From the NCBI GenBank assembly GCA_951406725.2, contig OX597831.1:47616001-47680000 (forward strand): a stretch of 64,000 nucleotides of DNA. Reading direction: 5' to 3'. Below, piece by piece: positions 24,862 to 38,770 of the stretch (the stretch's first letter is position 1; each line of letters opens with the position of its first letter). The DNA comes from Octopus vulgaris. Lineage: Eukaryota. A program made the position numbers and the translations under genes. The notes beneath the pieces are model-generated. The model worked only from the letters and a program-made list of their open reading frames with translations. It did no database searches and had not been told where the DNA came from.

Positions 24862-25348
24862 TGTAGTATAGGAGATGCACGATGGAATCCAGCCTTTTGA
24901 ATTTGATGCTACGCAGATGTCTATAGATATTGATTGCATTAATCTTTCTCCCGATTTGTTTTCCTGTAGATAATGAATAATAATGTAGCAATAATTCTTA
25001 AACAGGCATGGCAGTGTGGTTAAGAAGTTCACTGTGTAACCACGTCGTTTCGAGTTCAGTCCCACTACACGGCATTTTGGATAACTATCTTCTACTATAA
25101 TCCCAGGCCCACTACATAAGTCAATTTGGTAGGCGGAATCTGTTTAGAAGCCCATCATGTATGTGTGTGCGCATATATGTGTATATATGTATGTGTATTG
25201 TCATGCAGTGGTGAGGAACAAGTACAAAGACAAACTCCCTTCTTTCCTGAGCGTCAATAATACTTTAATTGTTCCACGTTCTCACGTTGCTGTGTTTTTT
25301 TCCCTTTTTTTCTCTCTTTTTTTTCTGTGTTTTCTTGTTTGGATTAAC

Positions 25349-25404
<56 letters not shown>

Positions 25405-25408
<4 letters not shown>

Positions 25409-25790
25409 GTCGCTGTTGGATAAGCTGCTGCTGCTATTATTCTGGTTAGGCTCGGATACCACCGCAGCCTCATATACGATCTCCTTGGCCTCGCATTGGC
25501 CTCCCACTGGGCAGTCATTGCACTCCCGGTCTCTACTCGCATTTTAGGAGTGTTCACTAAAATATTTTTAATGTTGGGCGCACAACTAAAGGAGACCCTT
25601 AGGTTGTGCCTATTGACCAAACGTCTGTACCAGTGTGATTGCGTGAAGTGCTTGTCCACTAAACTAAGGACTATCCTTCCCACACAAGTTTTAACGTTGA
25701 GAGAGAAGGGTGGTGCAAACTAAACGACCTTCCAGTGGCGCTTCCTTTTAGGGCCCGGTATATAGGAGATGCTGGCCTTAAACACACTGT
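25405..25790 (-). mobile_element. Penelope-like element fragment (linker and start of GIY-YIG)
   Basis: FAPPFSLNVKT..LVDKHF..NRHNLRVSFSC..CPVGGQCEAKEIVYEA. Confidence 0.75.
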
Positions 25791-26202
25791 GCTGCACTTT
25801 GGTAAAATGCCTTCTACATTACTCCCGGGATGACGAAAGACTTGTACATTTGGTAGACAAAAACTGAAAAAGCCCATCATATATGGTAGACGGGAATTGT
25901 GTGGAAGCCCGTCATACGTGTATATATATATATTTTCTCTTTCCGACCAGTCCATCAGATGTAGTTACACATCGCTGGTCACAATGCGTTCGCATTGTTT
26001 TAGCCTTCGAATGACGCCACCCCGCTGGTTAAGCGAGCAGGCCAACAGGAGAAAGAGTGGTGAAAGAGTACAGCAGGGATCACCACCCCCGGAGCCTCGT
26101 GGAGCTTTTAGGTGTTTTCGCTCAATAAACACTCACAACGCCTGGGAATCGAAACCGCGATCCTACAACTGCGAGTCCGCTGGGCCATTGCGCCACCACG
26201 TG

Positions 26203-26256
<54 letters not shown>

Positions 26257-26304
26257 GTATGACGTGCTTCCACATATACATATATATATATGTATATATG
26301 ATGA

Positions 26305-26353
<49 letters not shown>

Positions 26354-26860
26354 TGAAGGTATAAGTCTCAGAGACAACCTTAGACTTTTACGATCCAAAG
26401 GGGTTTTCAACCCAATATTTACATGCTGTTATTTATTGTTTTATATGCTTCGAGATCAACTGCTCAACCCTGCCCCACCAAAAAAAAACAAAAAAAAAAC
26501 CAACAAAAAACCGAAAACAAAGATCTGTGTGCGCATGTGCGTGTTTGTCTCGCCCTTTCGTTTGACCAACTGGTGCTGGTGCTGGTTTGTTTGAGATTTA
26601 GTCGATTGAAATTCAATAAGTATATCACTGGATTGAAATAGAAAAAAATTCAATTCCGTAGGAATTTCTAACTCGGATTTAATTCGTATATGGCTTCTGT
26701 TTTATAGCATTGTACAATACATTTGTTGCTTAGATACGGTGCCATAAATTTTGGGCGAGGTGTAATAGTCGAATTATGTCAACCTCAATTCTTTACTGGT
26801 AATTTTTTTTTATTAGAAATATCTCAGTAAGGGATGAAAGTAGTAACTATACTAAGAAGT

Positions 26861-27017
26861 AATGTTTATCGCCACATCGATATGGCCGTTCGACATTACT
26901 ACCGTTTTAACCCCAGGCAGATCCTCGTTGCACCGGTAACCAGATGGCGGAGGATCAGCCTGGAGTTAAAACCGTAGTATTAAGTTCGATAGCCATATTG
27001 ATGTGACGATAAATATT
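26861..27017. repeat. ~155-bp fold-back element
   Basis: ~65-bp imperfect inverted arms around a ~22-nt loop. Confidence 0.8.
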
Positions 27018-27075
27018 TTAAAAAATTAATCTAAAAAAAAAAATAATAAATGGGAGTCAACTAAAGAGAGATTTG

Positions 27076-27480
27076 GGATCTTTTCGGTTTGAACGGCAGT
27101 TTTTTCTAGCGGTGTCATATGAAATTGTCACCCATAATTATGACCCTAGAATCGATCTATTGCATTTCAATCTCTTTTAGGGGTGGGGGAAGGGTATCTT
27201 TTTTTCTTCACAAATGTAAATAAACCCAATCTGTTTCTTAAACGAGGGACATATTCATACGGCACAGGATGTTTTTACCTCAATAGACGTCAGTGATTGG
27301 TTGAAATTGCAGAAATTGAAGAAAAAACAACAACAAATATCTTACAAACTATAGAATTTTCTCAATAAAGCCAAGAGAAAAAGATGTTTTAGAAACACAT
27401 TCTACCAGTATACGAAGTTTAAAAGTGTTTAGTTACGTGGAAATTATTTTAAAAAACTGCCGTTCAAACCGAAAAGATCC
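27076..27480. mobile_element. Merlin-like MITE
   Basis: perfect 29-bp TIR GGATCTTTTCGGTTTGAACGGCAGTTTTT; perfect 8-bp TSD GAGATTTG; GG..CC termini. Confidence 0.8.
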
Positions 27481-30382
27481 GAGATTTGAACTCAGAACGT
27501 AGCTAAATGCTGTTAGGTACTTTGTTTTACCAGTGCACTAAAATAATCCCCCCCCCCTCCGCTCTCCTATTCTTTTATTGTTGGCTTTCTTCTCTGCCAG
27601 TTTCTGTTTTCGAACTGATAAGCTATTTCTCTTCTACTTCATTACATCGTAACAAACATATATATATTTTGAAATCTGAATTCGTTTAGAAAATATCAGA
27701 CAGTATTACTATTTCTCCTCCACAATGAGAAAACCTAGGATATCCATAACAACTTATTGTATTGCGAAAACAAAGAAAGTCAAAGTTTGATACGTTTATT
27801 TTCCGCTATGGTAATTCATCTCAATTTAGCTTTTCTTCAAAACTGAATAACAAATTACGAAGACATACAAGGCATGACGATTTTGAAAAATTACCTTTCG
27901 ATACCATGTTAAAACTTACACCAACTTACACCGTACCGGTATTTCGTTTTCAGAAAACGTGCATCGATTTTGGAAAATAAAATAAAATAAACCTTAAAAA
28001 TAAATGGGAGCTATTCGTTCAATTTGACAGCACAACGTTTTCGTTAAGTAATCTGAACTGTGGAAGCAAAATAGCAGTAAAAAGATAAATTATGAGTTTG
28101 AGGCAAGAGGATTCTACAGAACTTTTGTTAATTTAATTGTCAGGGATACAACGAATTATTTGAAAATGTTACTCGTTGGAGACATGCCGACTATCCAGGG
28201 AGCTATACATCTCTTCCATTTAGCGTTTCTGAATTTAGAGCAAAACATTAGCTTTTGTATTTTAGTAAATTGTGGAGACATTGATCCTTATCGATTTCTT
28301 TTGACTTTTACTTGGTTCAGTCATTTGACTGCGGCCATGCTGAGGCACCGCCTTGAAAGGTTTAGTCGAACAAATCAACCCCAGTATTGATTATCAAGTC
28401 TGGTACTTATTCTATCGTTCCCTTTTGCTGAACATAGCCAACAAGTTGTCGAGCGCTGGACACACACACACAACACAGGCTTCCACACAGTTTTCCGCCT
28501 ACTAAATTCACTCACAAAGTATTAATCAGCTTGGGGGTATAGTAGAAGATACTTTCCCAAGGTGCCACGCACTGGGACCGAATCTGAAACCACACAGGCA
28601 ATCAATCGAATGACTAAGCAGTAGCGTAGTGAGGGCTCTAGTTGTTCCGTATGATGGCCAAATTGGCCGCAATCCTTCCTAAAACCTAATATAACTTTAA
28701 CGCGTATTTGCCACCCAACCCTACAAAGTGATCACTGTGCAGTCTACACAGCACGTGCTATGCCACTATGATATGTGGGATTCGCTTCGTTGAGGAGTAG
28801 ACTACACAATGAGATACACAGTGCTTAATCATTTATGCCATAATGTAGAAGTCTGGATATGTTTCACTATTTCTATTGTCCAGTCCGTTTCTGTTGGTCT
28901 GTAGATTCCGGTGGTGGTGGACAGTGGAGACGAGCAGGGTGAACTTGGTGAGAAACCGACTATTGCTGTTTCTTAGCATTTATCATAAAGGTTGTACATC
29001 TTAGAATAGTGTTTGGCGCTATTGAAGCCACTGATAAGGTTGTTACTCTTTTGGGTGTACCTATTCGTTTTTATGTTTGTTTGGGTTAAGTAGGTTTAGA
29101 ATGGTGTTGTAAAAATGATGTGAGGTATTCCAGATGTTTCTTGTTGTTTGTAGGGTGACTGTGCGTGTGGTTTAGGAGACTGTAAGGTCTGGAGCTTGTT
29201 ACTACAGTAGATAATATCTCTAGTATGCTTAGGTAATTACCATTTATAATATTTTTGTTTCATTGCGACGTCGTTTGTATGATTGGCTTGTAAGCAACAT
29301 ATGATAGCCTGATGTGTATTGTTTTTTTTTTATTGTTGCTAGTTTATTGTAAAAAAGAATGTAGGAGAAATAGTTACCATGAATTTTGTAGGCCTTTCCA
29401 GACTGGTGACATTGATATTTATTTTCGGATCTTTACTTTCTAAGTTTAAATCACACCATGGCTCAATTGGGTGGCAAATTTAATCCTTCAACCACTTTTT
29501 AACATCACAATCTGATATTTTGGGTATCTTTAGCAGAGTCAATTCTGTTGCAAGCATTGGGTCTTCAGTTTGAAGATCTCTTCCTTTCCGCTCCCATCCG
29601 TTTTGGAGGTCTTGTAAAGGGTCACGGGCACTGCTTTGCCTCTTGTTTTAAAATAATAATAATAAAAAAAAAATGAATAAATAGGTTTTCTTTCAGGTCA
29701 GACATCACAAATATATAAAACATAACCAGTTTTAATTTTATTTATTTGACAGTAAGCAATATAAACACCTACAACTAGAGAGGCAGGAAAAGAAAATGCA
29801 ATATTTTCAATACCAATTTATTTCTTAAAAAAAAGAAGCTACTTCTATTTCATCATGTCTCATGATATATGCAACACTAGGAAAACTCGCCCCACATTCT
29901 TTGGTGTCTTACACACGTATTCATATTGTGCAAGGGTTAATCCTGGCCCGTGTGAGTATATCGTCATAGTAATGTTAACAAGTTGCAAGAAATAGACGGT
30001 TCGAAGTAAATGGCTAAAGCCATCTTTCTTTCAGGGAAGAGTGGTTGATGGTAGAAACGATAGACCGTCAGAAAAAATATCTTGCAAAGTAATAGATGAT
30101 GTTACTTTGCGTATGAAGCTTGAATCCTGCCAAGTTCAACTTTTTTCATTCTCCTAAGGTCGATATAAGTATCAATTAAGTACTGGTGCAGATTTAAATC
30201 GGTTATTTCCTGCCTCCCCAAAAGAAATCTGTGCCGTCCTGTCAATACTAGAAATCGAAAATATCAATGTTGTGTATTTGACAACAAGCATTAGAGAAAA
30301 TTAATGGCAATGCATTTATCTTCAGTCACTGAATTTTTCTAAGAGACGATAAACAGAGTGACAGTAGCTTGCATTATATCTG

Positions 30383-30605
30383 TTTCTTTTTATTACCCAC
30401 AAGGGTCTAAACATAGAAGGGACAAACAAGGACAGACAAACGGATTAAGTCGATTACATCGACCCCAGTGCATAACTGATACTTAATTTATCGACCCCGA
30501 AAGGATGAAAGGCAAACCCGACCTTGGCGGAAATTGAACTCAGAACGTAACGGCAGACGAAATACGGCTACGCATTTCGCCCGGCGTGCTAACGGTTCTG
30601 CCAGC
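30383..30605 (-). mobile_element. SINE family A
   Basis: homology to 21073-21303. Confidence 0.85.
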
Positions 30606-31328
30606 GGCACAGTATTTTTTAAAAGCAGCAATACTTTTAAAGTAACAAAACTGAATTAGTTTATTTCGTCTAAGATAGGGTAGAAAGGCTTAGTGTTGTA
30701 AGTAACGACAGCACAATAGACTCAATGATGAACCGTCATATGAACCAATAAGGAATGCTCTATGTAGTTGCCGTCCTTACAAAAATTTGCAGCTAAGTCT
30801 CGTACCATACCGTCTTACAATAACAGAAATGTCATGTTTGTTAATGTAGTTTTCGATATACTAAATTTGTATGCAAAAAGGTTCATAGTGTGAATCTCTT
30901 TTTTGATAGATTTGCCTGACGAGTGGGTTAAACAACTACAACGGTAGCACTGTAGCAGGTCTCTCACTTGTCGTTTTCAATCAGAAAATTCTTTGTAAAT
31001 GGTGACATTTGGAATTTTGACGAAGTGAGTAATGACGTCCACAAAAATCTGGTCAATAAAATCATACGTAAACATCTATAGTATTTTTCAGAGGTTATAT
31101 CACCACAGATCTTTCCAATCACATTTGTTCTGAAGTATATTGAAAGAGACTAGATTTATCAAGGCGGACAGACAGCGGCGAACGGAAGATAGAGGGAATA
31201 GAGAACAGAATGAAGTCATGCGTCCACACCAGGCTCTATTCATTATCAGCTGTTGAGGAACGCCAAACACGTCAAGTACGAAGAGTCTTCAACACTAAGT
31301 GCCCAAGGTCATACTAGCAGAGGAACCT

Positions 31329-33013
31329 GCTTCTTTATTGCCCACAAGGGGCCAACACAGAGGGGACAACACAAAGATATGTGGGTACACATAACAAATA
31401 ATTGAAAAATGGGAAAACGTATGATATAATGAATGATAAAAAATGAAAATGAGAAATGGAATGAAGTTTCCTCTGCCCCACCTCTGAGTTACTTCATTTT
31501 GCGTCTGTTCTTTTTTCCTTTTAAACCCGGAGCCTTCCAAAATGTCCACTCCGTACTCCTTCAGTAAGAACGTGTAATCCATATTCTCTGGCAGTTTTTG
31601 AATGTATAGATCGACTTGCCATATTTTATATGCTTTTTTAAATTTTACAATTTTCTCTCTTTGGTTTTCGTCCAACAACTGGCAGCAATGCCACCCTTGC
31701 ACGTTGTCGAACTTGTGAGTGTCCACCGCTCTAATGTTCTTCCACTTTTTTTTTTTATTTCTTCATACAATTTTTTATTTGTGTTATCATACATCATTAC
31801 ATAGTTTACTTGCTTTTTTTTTCCGGGGGAGGGGAGATTGAAATGCTTGTGTCTGACTGTGTTTGTTTTCGTGTTGGAGGGGGCGGGGCGGGTAGGTTCA
31901 GTGTCTGTAGGGAGCGGGTGGGTTTCGGTATTTATTTTACCTGGTTTCTTACTTTTTCTCTTTTTCTTTCCTGGTGTCACCCATTCGTCTTCCGTTCCAC
32001 CTGCTTCTTCTGTTACTACTGGTAGTGGTATTGTTTCCTCCTTTTCTTTTACTGGTTCTTCCATTTTTCTTTGTAGAGGACAGTTTGCTCTAATGTGACC
32101 TTTCTGGCCATACTTATAGCACCTGGGTATCCTGCCCTCTACTCTGACTACCATCGTTGTATCTCTAAACACTTTTGTTTCCGGTAGTTCTTCTATTATA
32201 TCGTTTGGTCCCCATATCCCCATATTTAATGGGGGATATGGGGACCTTTTCAATTCCTTGTTTCCGTTTTGGTGGCCTGGAGAACCTCCATCTCTTCCTC
32301 GTTACCAGGCAGAGTTGACATCCGGGGCGACTACTATTACGTTGAACTTTATACCACTCTTACTACTATATATTGGCAACAAAGTTACTTCCTCGTTCTT
32401 CAATATTATTGACGAGTTTAAACTTGCACTGCCTACATCATTTTATTGGACTTTAATTGTACCAAATTTATTGCCTCTTGTTACATACTCTATATCCTGC
32501 CATACGTGCCTTAGAACCTTCTCCACTTGGGTCGTGTCATCTCTTTGATTCTTCCTTCTGCCATTGAGTGTGTTTTATACGCTACCGTACATCTTGTTAT
32601 TTTGTCAATCATCTCCATTGACGCGGTTACTTCTACCTTTGTTCCGTCTCTTTTCATCATTTTGGAGTACTTCTTCCGTTCTCTCAAATCTACTCTACTT
32701 ACTGACACCTTAGACACTCTTGCGTAGCTTCTTTCATTCCTGTTAGCCCACGAAGTGTCCGACTGCTCAGAATCGGACACTTCAGTGTAGCTAATATCTG
32801 ACGAGCTGAATTCTTCCATTTTTACCTGGCTTACCTTCTTCTATGAGGAGGTAAGGCACAACTAGGCTGCCACAGGGCAGCAAAAAGCCCAAGTGTTCAA
32901 AGAACACTACAATTAACAACGATAATCTCAACAGTAACTTTACTTTAACAATATCTACGTGAACACTCGATCAGCAACAAAAACTACTACAAGTGAGAAA
33001 ATTCAAACCTGCG
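31329..33013 (-). mobile_element. complete ORF1-only (HAL1-like) non-LTR element, Tx1/L1-type ORF1, disrupted
   Basis: 22-bp TSD GGTCATACTA(G/A)CAGAGGAACCT (31307-31328, 33014-33035); ATG at 32819; frameshifted ORF with zinc knuckle CYK(Y)GQKGHIRANC; no endonuclease or RT; tail CCCCTTGTGGGCAATAAAGAA. Confidence 0.8.
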
Positions 33014-34713
33014 GGTCATACTAACAGAGGAACCTATGTTACGGAAGCTGACATTCATATTTATTCATTCTCTCTATCTCCCCCTTACGCACTCAGAACC
33101 ACAGAAATTGTCCAACCACTACTTTTATTCATTCAACTAACTTCCCAACATTCCTATTTCTTATTGTTAAAGTATATAGCTTTGACAATCGTTTCGTTAG
33201 CTTGGAAGGCTAAGTTCGTGTCCTGTAGTGTCTGGCTTCGTCAAAAGCCCTAACAATGCATACAGTTCTTTCAATTCTGCCATCGACTACTTTACCTGCA
33301 TGGGCTCCGATATAAACAAAACACCGACGTTGGTTCTCTGACATTTTAGACTAGGTTAATGCCGGATTAAGTCTTTCCTCACCACAATTATCTCGTTTGA
33401 ATATTTTCTTCTAGCCTTTGTCCGTATATCACACTCCAGTATTAAGCTTCAACAATATATTTTCATGTTACAAACAATTGACAGAATTAGCCGAGTTACG
33501 CCTATTTATAACTTCTATTCAGATCTCGTCGGTAACAACGATCAGCATTTCCTCCTTCCGGAATCAATAAAATAAGAACCATTCAAGAACGGAACCTGTT
33601 TAGATATGCTGTTCCCTATAGCCCCCCCCCCCCCCGCTACCAAAGTTATTTACTGACAACAATAATAGTAACCTAGGGTCATTGTTGGAATAGACTTTTA
33701 GGGACCCCATAACTATTGCTTTAGAAATTACCAAATTGAAATAAAAACAAAGGAAGCGATAGAAACATTTTCAACTGAGAAATGTTGGAACCGTCTTTGT
33801 TATTGTTTATCTCCAAGCTCATTTTGATCGAGTAGTTTTGTATGATCAAAGACATTTCAGCTTTAACTCTAACACCTTTTTAAGGGTATCTTCGACTGTA
33901 TTATTTAATACAATGATGGTAAGGTTATGATACGCACCAATAGTGACACACTTTGAAAACAATATCCCAGTGGTATCCTGTTATACATTTAAAAAAAAAG
34001 TTACAATAAAGAAAAAAAAACTCAGCCATTTACCTAAGGTGAAACGCTCTTGGAAGACACATATTAACTAGTCAAAAGCACAAAGACTATTAACGTCACG
34101 TGCAGTTGGTGCGACGAAAATTTTGACACCAAATAAATGTTTAAATAAAATTTACAGTTACTGTGTTTATGAGTGGTTAATATATTATGTCTTCCATGCT
34201 GTCATTGTTTTAATTTCAACACGAATGAAATCACTTGTCAGGTAAGAACATCTCTGAGATTCGTGTGACATTCCAATAATCGGATTATTACAGAAATTAA
34301 AATTTCGACTCCCGGGTAAAAAAAAATCATTTCATTTGTTTATAAAATAAATATTATAAAATATTTTTCAGCTTCTCAGCCCTAAATACAACAGTAGAGA
34401 TAAATTACTTCAGAGTTCCCAACGTTTATTGATTTAGTTTTAACAATGTTGGTGGTTACTGGTTGAATGCTTTTCTTTTGTGATTCTTAAGGACGGTCAT
34501 CAAAAAAAATTAAAACAAAAATAAACGGAAGCTTAAGTTTATATTTATATACGTCTGTTTACATTTAGGGTACTTCATAGGAATATTTAAGAATGGAAGA
34601 GAATAACCGATTACACCATCTCAGTACGTTGCTAGTTGTTAGTTTATCGACTTTGGAGAAGAAAAAGTTAAGTGAAACCTCGATTTCAACTTTGAACGTA
34701 AAAAGTTGTAGCC

Positions 34714-34905
34714 ACCATATTTGATGGCATACAAGACGCTCTTTTTCCCCTCAACAAAATGTCTCGAAACATCACCCCCGGGTCCTATATGTGAAATTGG
34801 GCTTTCCATAAGCGTTAAAGCACAAAACATTTTCTCCTAAATATGCGCTGCTAAAATTAGGGTGCATCTAATATATTCGTACGTTTTTTATGCTATCAAA
34901 TACGG
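34714..34905. mobile_element. pogo/Tc2-like MITE remnant
   Basis: inverted termini CCATATTTGATGGCATA / TATGCTATCAAATACGG. Confidence 0.5.
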
Positions 34906-37316
34906 CAATTACTATAGGACATGGGTTAGATATTAAAAGCAGTATCCATTAGAGGTGTTTCAAGGATTCCCAGCGCCCTGAGGTAGAGATCCCTTTGATG
35001 CACATCCACTCACCATAACAGGCATGGCGGGCCAGAAGAAATTCTGAGCACTTTTACAACTGCGCTTGGAGCAACATCCCACCACCCTCACCGCCTCATG
35101 CTACGCCTACGATCGGGTGCTGTTTGAATGAGAGTTGGCTGTTATGTCTTTGCAAATCGAGTGACCAAGAAGAAACCTCTTTGTTGGCTGGTGTTAACAA
35201 ATACTGGAAGTCTAACTAGTAACGGCATTAAGGTGCATGATATGTGAATTCCAGCCCCGACTAACTATTTTCATCATTATCTAATTCTGTTTAGGTCACA
35301 ATTTAATCTATACAACCAGCATTCCATTGATACACATGTACATTCGGTAATCAAATTCGTAAATTACACAGCATCAGAAACTGGAATTCATTAGTGCAAC
35401 AGTTATTAAGAATTGAATGGAGAGTGGGCTAAAACTCTTCCTTGGAAAACGATATCTACCAGATAACTTTTCTACAATGCTTTTGTTGAATGAAATACAA
35501 GGATGAAACGAAGACTTAATAGCTATTGACAGGAAGTTAGAACGTGACCGGAAATCAACCAATGAATTAAGCACAAATGAGGAAATAAAACTTTATTAGC
35601 TTTCAGTATAGAATACTTTGCTTCTATGAATTAGACCTTTATAATTTATTAAAATGTCGCTCTCCCGTCGATAGAGGAAAAGATGGCGGAGGGGTTAGTT
35701 TTCAGGCAAAAGCCAAATATTGAATGTCGTTTTCAGAACGAATATTAATTAATTAATACAAATACATATAAATAAACAAAATGACTCAAGAGATATCATA
35801 ATTGATTATTTAATACTTATTATCTCTAGGCGTTTGAATAGATCTCATGATATCTATCTCTATTTTATTCTTGTGTCAGCCATTGGACTGCGGTCATGCT
35901 GGAGCACTGCCTTGAAGGATCTAGTCAACACAAATAGGCATCAGGACTTATTTTTTTCAAGTTAATTATTTATTATATCGATTCACTCTTGACGAACGGC
36001 TGCTAAGTTACGGAGACGTGAACGAGCCAGCACCAGTTCTCAAACGGTGATAGGGACAAACACAACATCCCTACACCTCCACACATCTTTTATGTTCCAT
36101 TCTTTGCTGGTTTTAGTCATTGGACTGCAGCCATACTGGGTACCGTCTTGAAGTATTTAGTTGACACAGATCAACCCTAGTACTTTTCTTTTAAAGCCTG
36201 GTACTTATTCTTGCCAAACTGCTAAGTTACGGGGACGTAAGCAAACCAACATTAGTTGCCAGGCGGTGCTAGGGAATAAACGCAAATGCAGGCGCACGCG
36301 CACACAGAGACACAGGCAGACAGACAGACACAGACACACACACACAAGCCATATACAACAACTTCACCAAAGCCGGTCCCAAGATCGGTTGAAAAAAGGA
36401 GGAAGACGTGCGGGTGGTGGCGATGGTGGTTCAGCAATACCACCTCGTATAAACATTCACCTGCTACAGAAACAATGAATATGAACCAAGCTATTCCTGA
36501 TGGACGTGAAAGATGTCTTGATGAACGTAGAAGTGAATGTATGAAATCTTAGGATAGATGTATGACGGATGCGAGTTGAAGTCGAAAGGAAGCCCAGATC
36601 CCGAAGAACCAGATCTTCCAAACCTACTAAAAATAGCTGCCAAATCTTCTTAGAATCACAACCAACCGTTTTTAAAAAGGAAGTACTGTATATATTTTGC
36701 ATTATTGAATTATGTGATCACATGTCTAGAATGAAGATCGATGATCTTGGTTGAAATGTCTTTTATCATTGGCCTACTAAATTAGGGTTGATTTGGGATC
36801 TAAACAACGTATAGTGTAATACAAACTTCTATGTACGAGCAAGTCATGGGAATCTTTATGTGGTCGCTTGACCTGCTAGGAGCAACCTCACATTATCACC
36901 TTCTTTTTTGAATAGTCCTTGGAATTTCTTTAAATCTTCCTTGTTTATTACTATGTTTTCACTGGGGTGAGTTGCTGCACTCGCAAAATTAATTTTTGAT
37001 TTTTCCTCTTGTTTAGCCTCGCTAGACATTTTGTCGTCTGCGTTTGAAACGAGCGCGTGAGATGCCTCTATACTTTTACCTTTCTCCTCCCTCATTTTCG
37101 TCTCTATGCCTTCACACAAAATTTCAAAGTCGGACTAGAGTGCTTAAGTGGAGGTAACAAGAAATAAACCAACACAAATAAACTAACACACACACACACA
37201 CACACACACGTAATGTGAATGTGTGTGTGTGTGTGTGTGTGTATGTGTCTTTGTTCTCTCCCCACCGCTTTGCGACTGATGTCTAGAGAATAAGATGGAC
37301 AATATGGTTTACTGAA

Positions 37317-37361
<45 letters not shown>

Positions 37362-37508
37362 GAGTCAATCGGACTAGAGTGCTTAAGTGAAGGTAACAAG
37401 AAATAAACCAACACAAAAAAAGAGTAGTGAACACTGTGGCAACGGTAGTAAAAAGCAGAGAGAAAGAGATACACAGAAAGAGAGATAGAGGGAGAGAGAG
37501 AGGTAAAC

Positions 37509-37578
<70 letters not shown>

Positions 37579-37724
37579 TCTGTGAGCCAGAGCTGTGATG
37601 TTTTGGTGAAGTCTATTCATATTACTCGGTCAAGTGACTTTTGGATGCGATCTAGAATGTCTGTATCTGTCGCCATTCGGCTAATGCTGTCTCTTTTTTT
37701 TCTTTTTTTTTTCTTCATCTCATC

Positions 37725-38266
37725 GGATCTTTTCTGTTTGGCTTTCACTTATTGAAATTTTAAAATGAAGGGAAAATCTTCAAATTTGCTATATGGATGT
37801 AATTTTAAACTTTGAAATTACAATTCCGTTTTCATTCTGGTTTACAATTATGTTTTCTTTTGACACATTCTACAAGTATACGAAGTTTCAAATTGTTTGG
37901 TTAAGTAGGAAAAATCTGAAAAAACAGGCCTTGGAAATGAAAAGATCCGTAATTTTTCACACTGAATATGATGTTGTTATTCAGTTGTTCCAGAAAAATG
38001 TTAGAAATGTGTTACGGAGGTTTAAAGTTTGATTGTTTTTACTCAGTCAGAAAACAGGATTTGGAAGCCGGCATTTTCTGCGTGATGACTTTTATTAAAC
38101 AAAATGAAAGCAATATATTACGACGACGAAAGTGGTAAGAAGTTTTGAAATTTCAATAAGTTTAAATGAATAAAGTCACGCGAAACGTTGGAACAAGCAA
38201 TATAATAAAGAAAAATCCCCAAAGAAAAATCCCCAAAGAAAAGTTAATGCCAAATAGAAAAGATCC
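37725..38266. mobile_element. older Merlin-like MITE(s)
   Basis: GGATCTTTTCTGTTTGGC / GCCAAATAGAAAAGATCC; an extra terminus at 37948; no TSD seen. Confidence 0.4.
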
Positions 38267-38713
38267 ATGCCGGATACCTCCTATGTTTTATTTCTGATTG
38301 ACTGCGTATACTTTACTGGGTGTGCAAACTGTAGCTCACTAGCTTAACTATTGATTTTTATGCGGATCACGTCCCTGAGCTCAGCGATTTTATTTTAGTT
38401 CCTTAATTCAAATTCATTGTTTATATATATACATACATACATACGTACATACAAACGTACGTATCTATGTATGAATGTATGTATGTATATTATACATATA
38501 TTATACATACATACGCACACATATATATGTATATATATATGTGTGTGTGTGTGTGTATGTATGTATATATTATATATGTACAAACACATACATACACATA
38601 TATATGTATGTGTGCGTTTGTGTATGAGAATAAGAGATTCATCCTTACACACATACGCGTGGATGTATGTGTCGAGTGTGTATATAAGCATACACACCCA
38701 TACACACACACAG

Positions 38714-38770
<57 letters not shown>

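Noticed and set aside
36856-37119. 87-aa charged ORF as a host exon
   Set aside because: No recognisable motif or clear splice sites; one end runs into an old repeat
37130-37420. ~50-bp direct repeat TCGGACTAGAGTGCTTAAGTG..AACACAAA as an LTR pair or TSD
   Set aside because: Only microsatellite and SINE debris lie between the copies; more likely two fragments of one dispersed repeat or a local duplication
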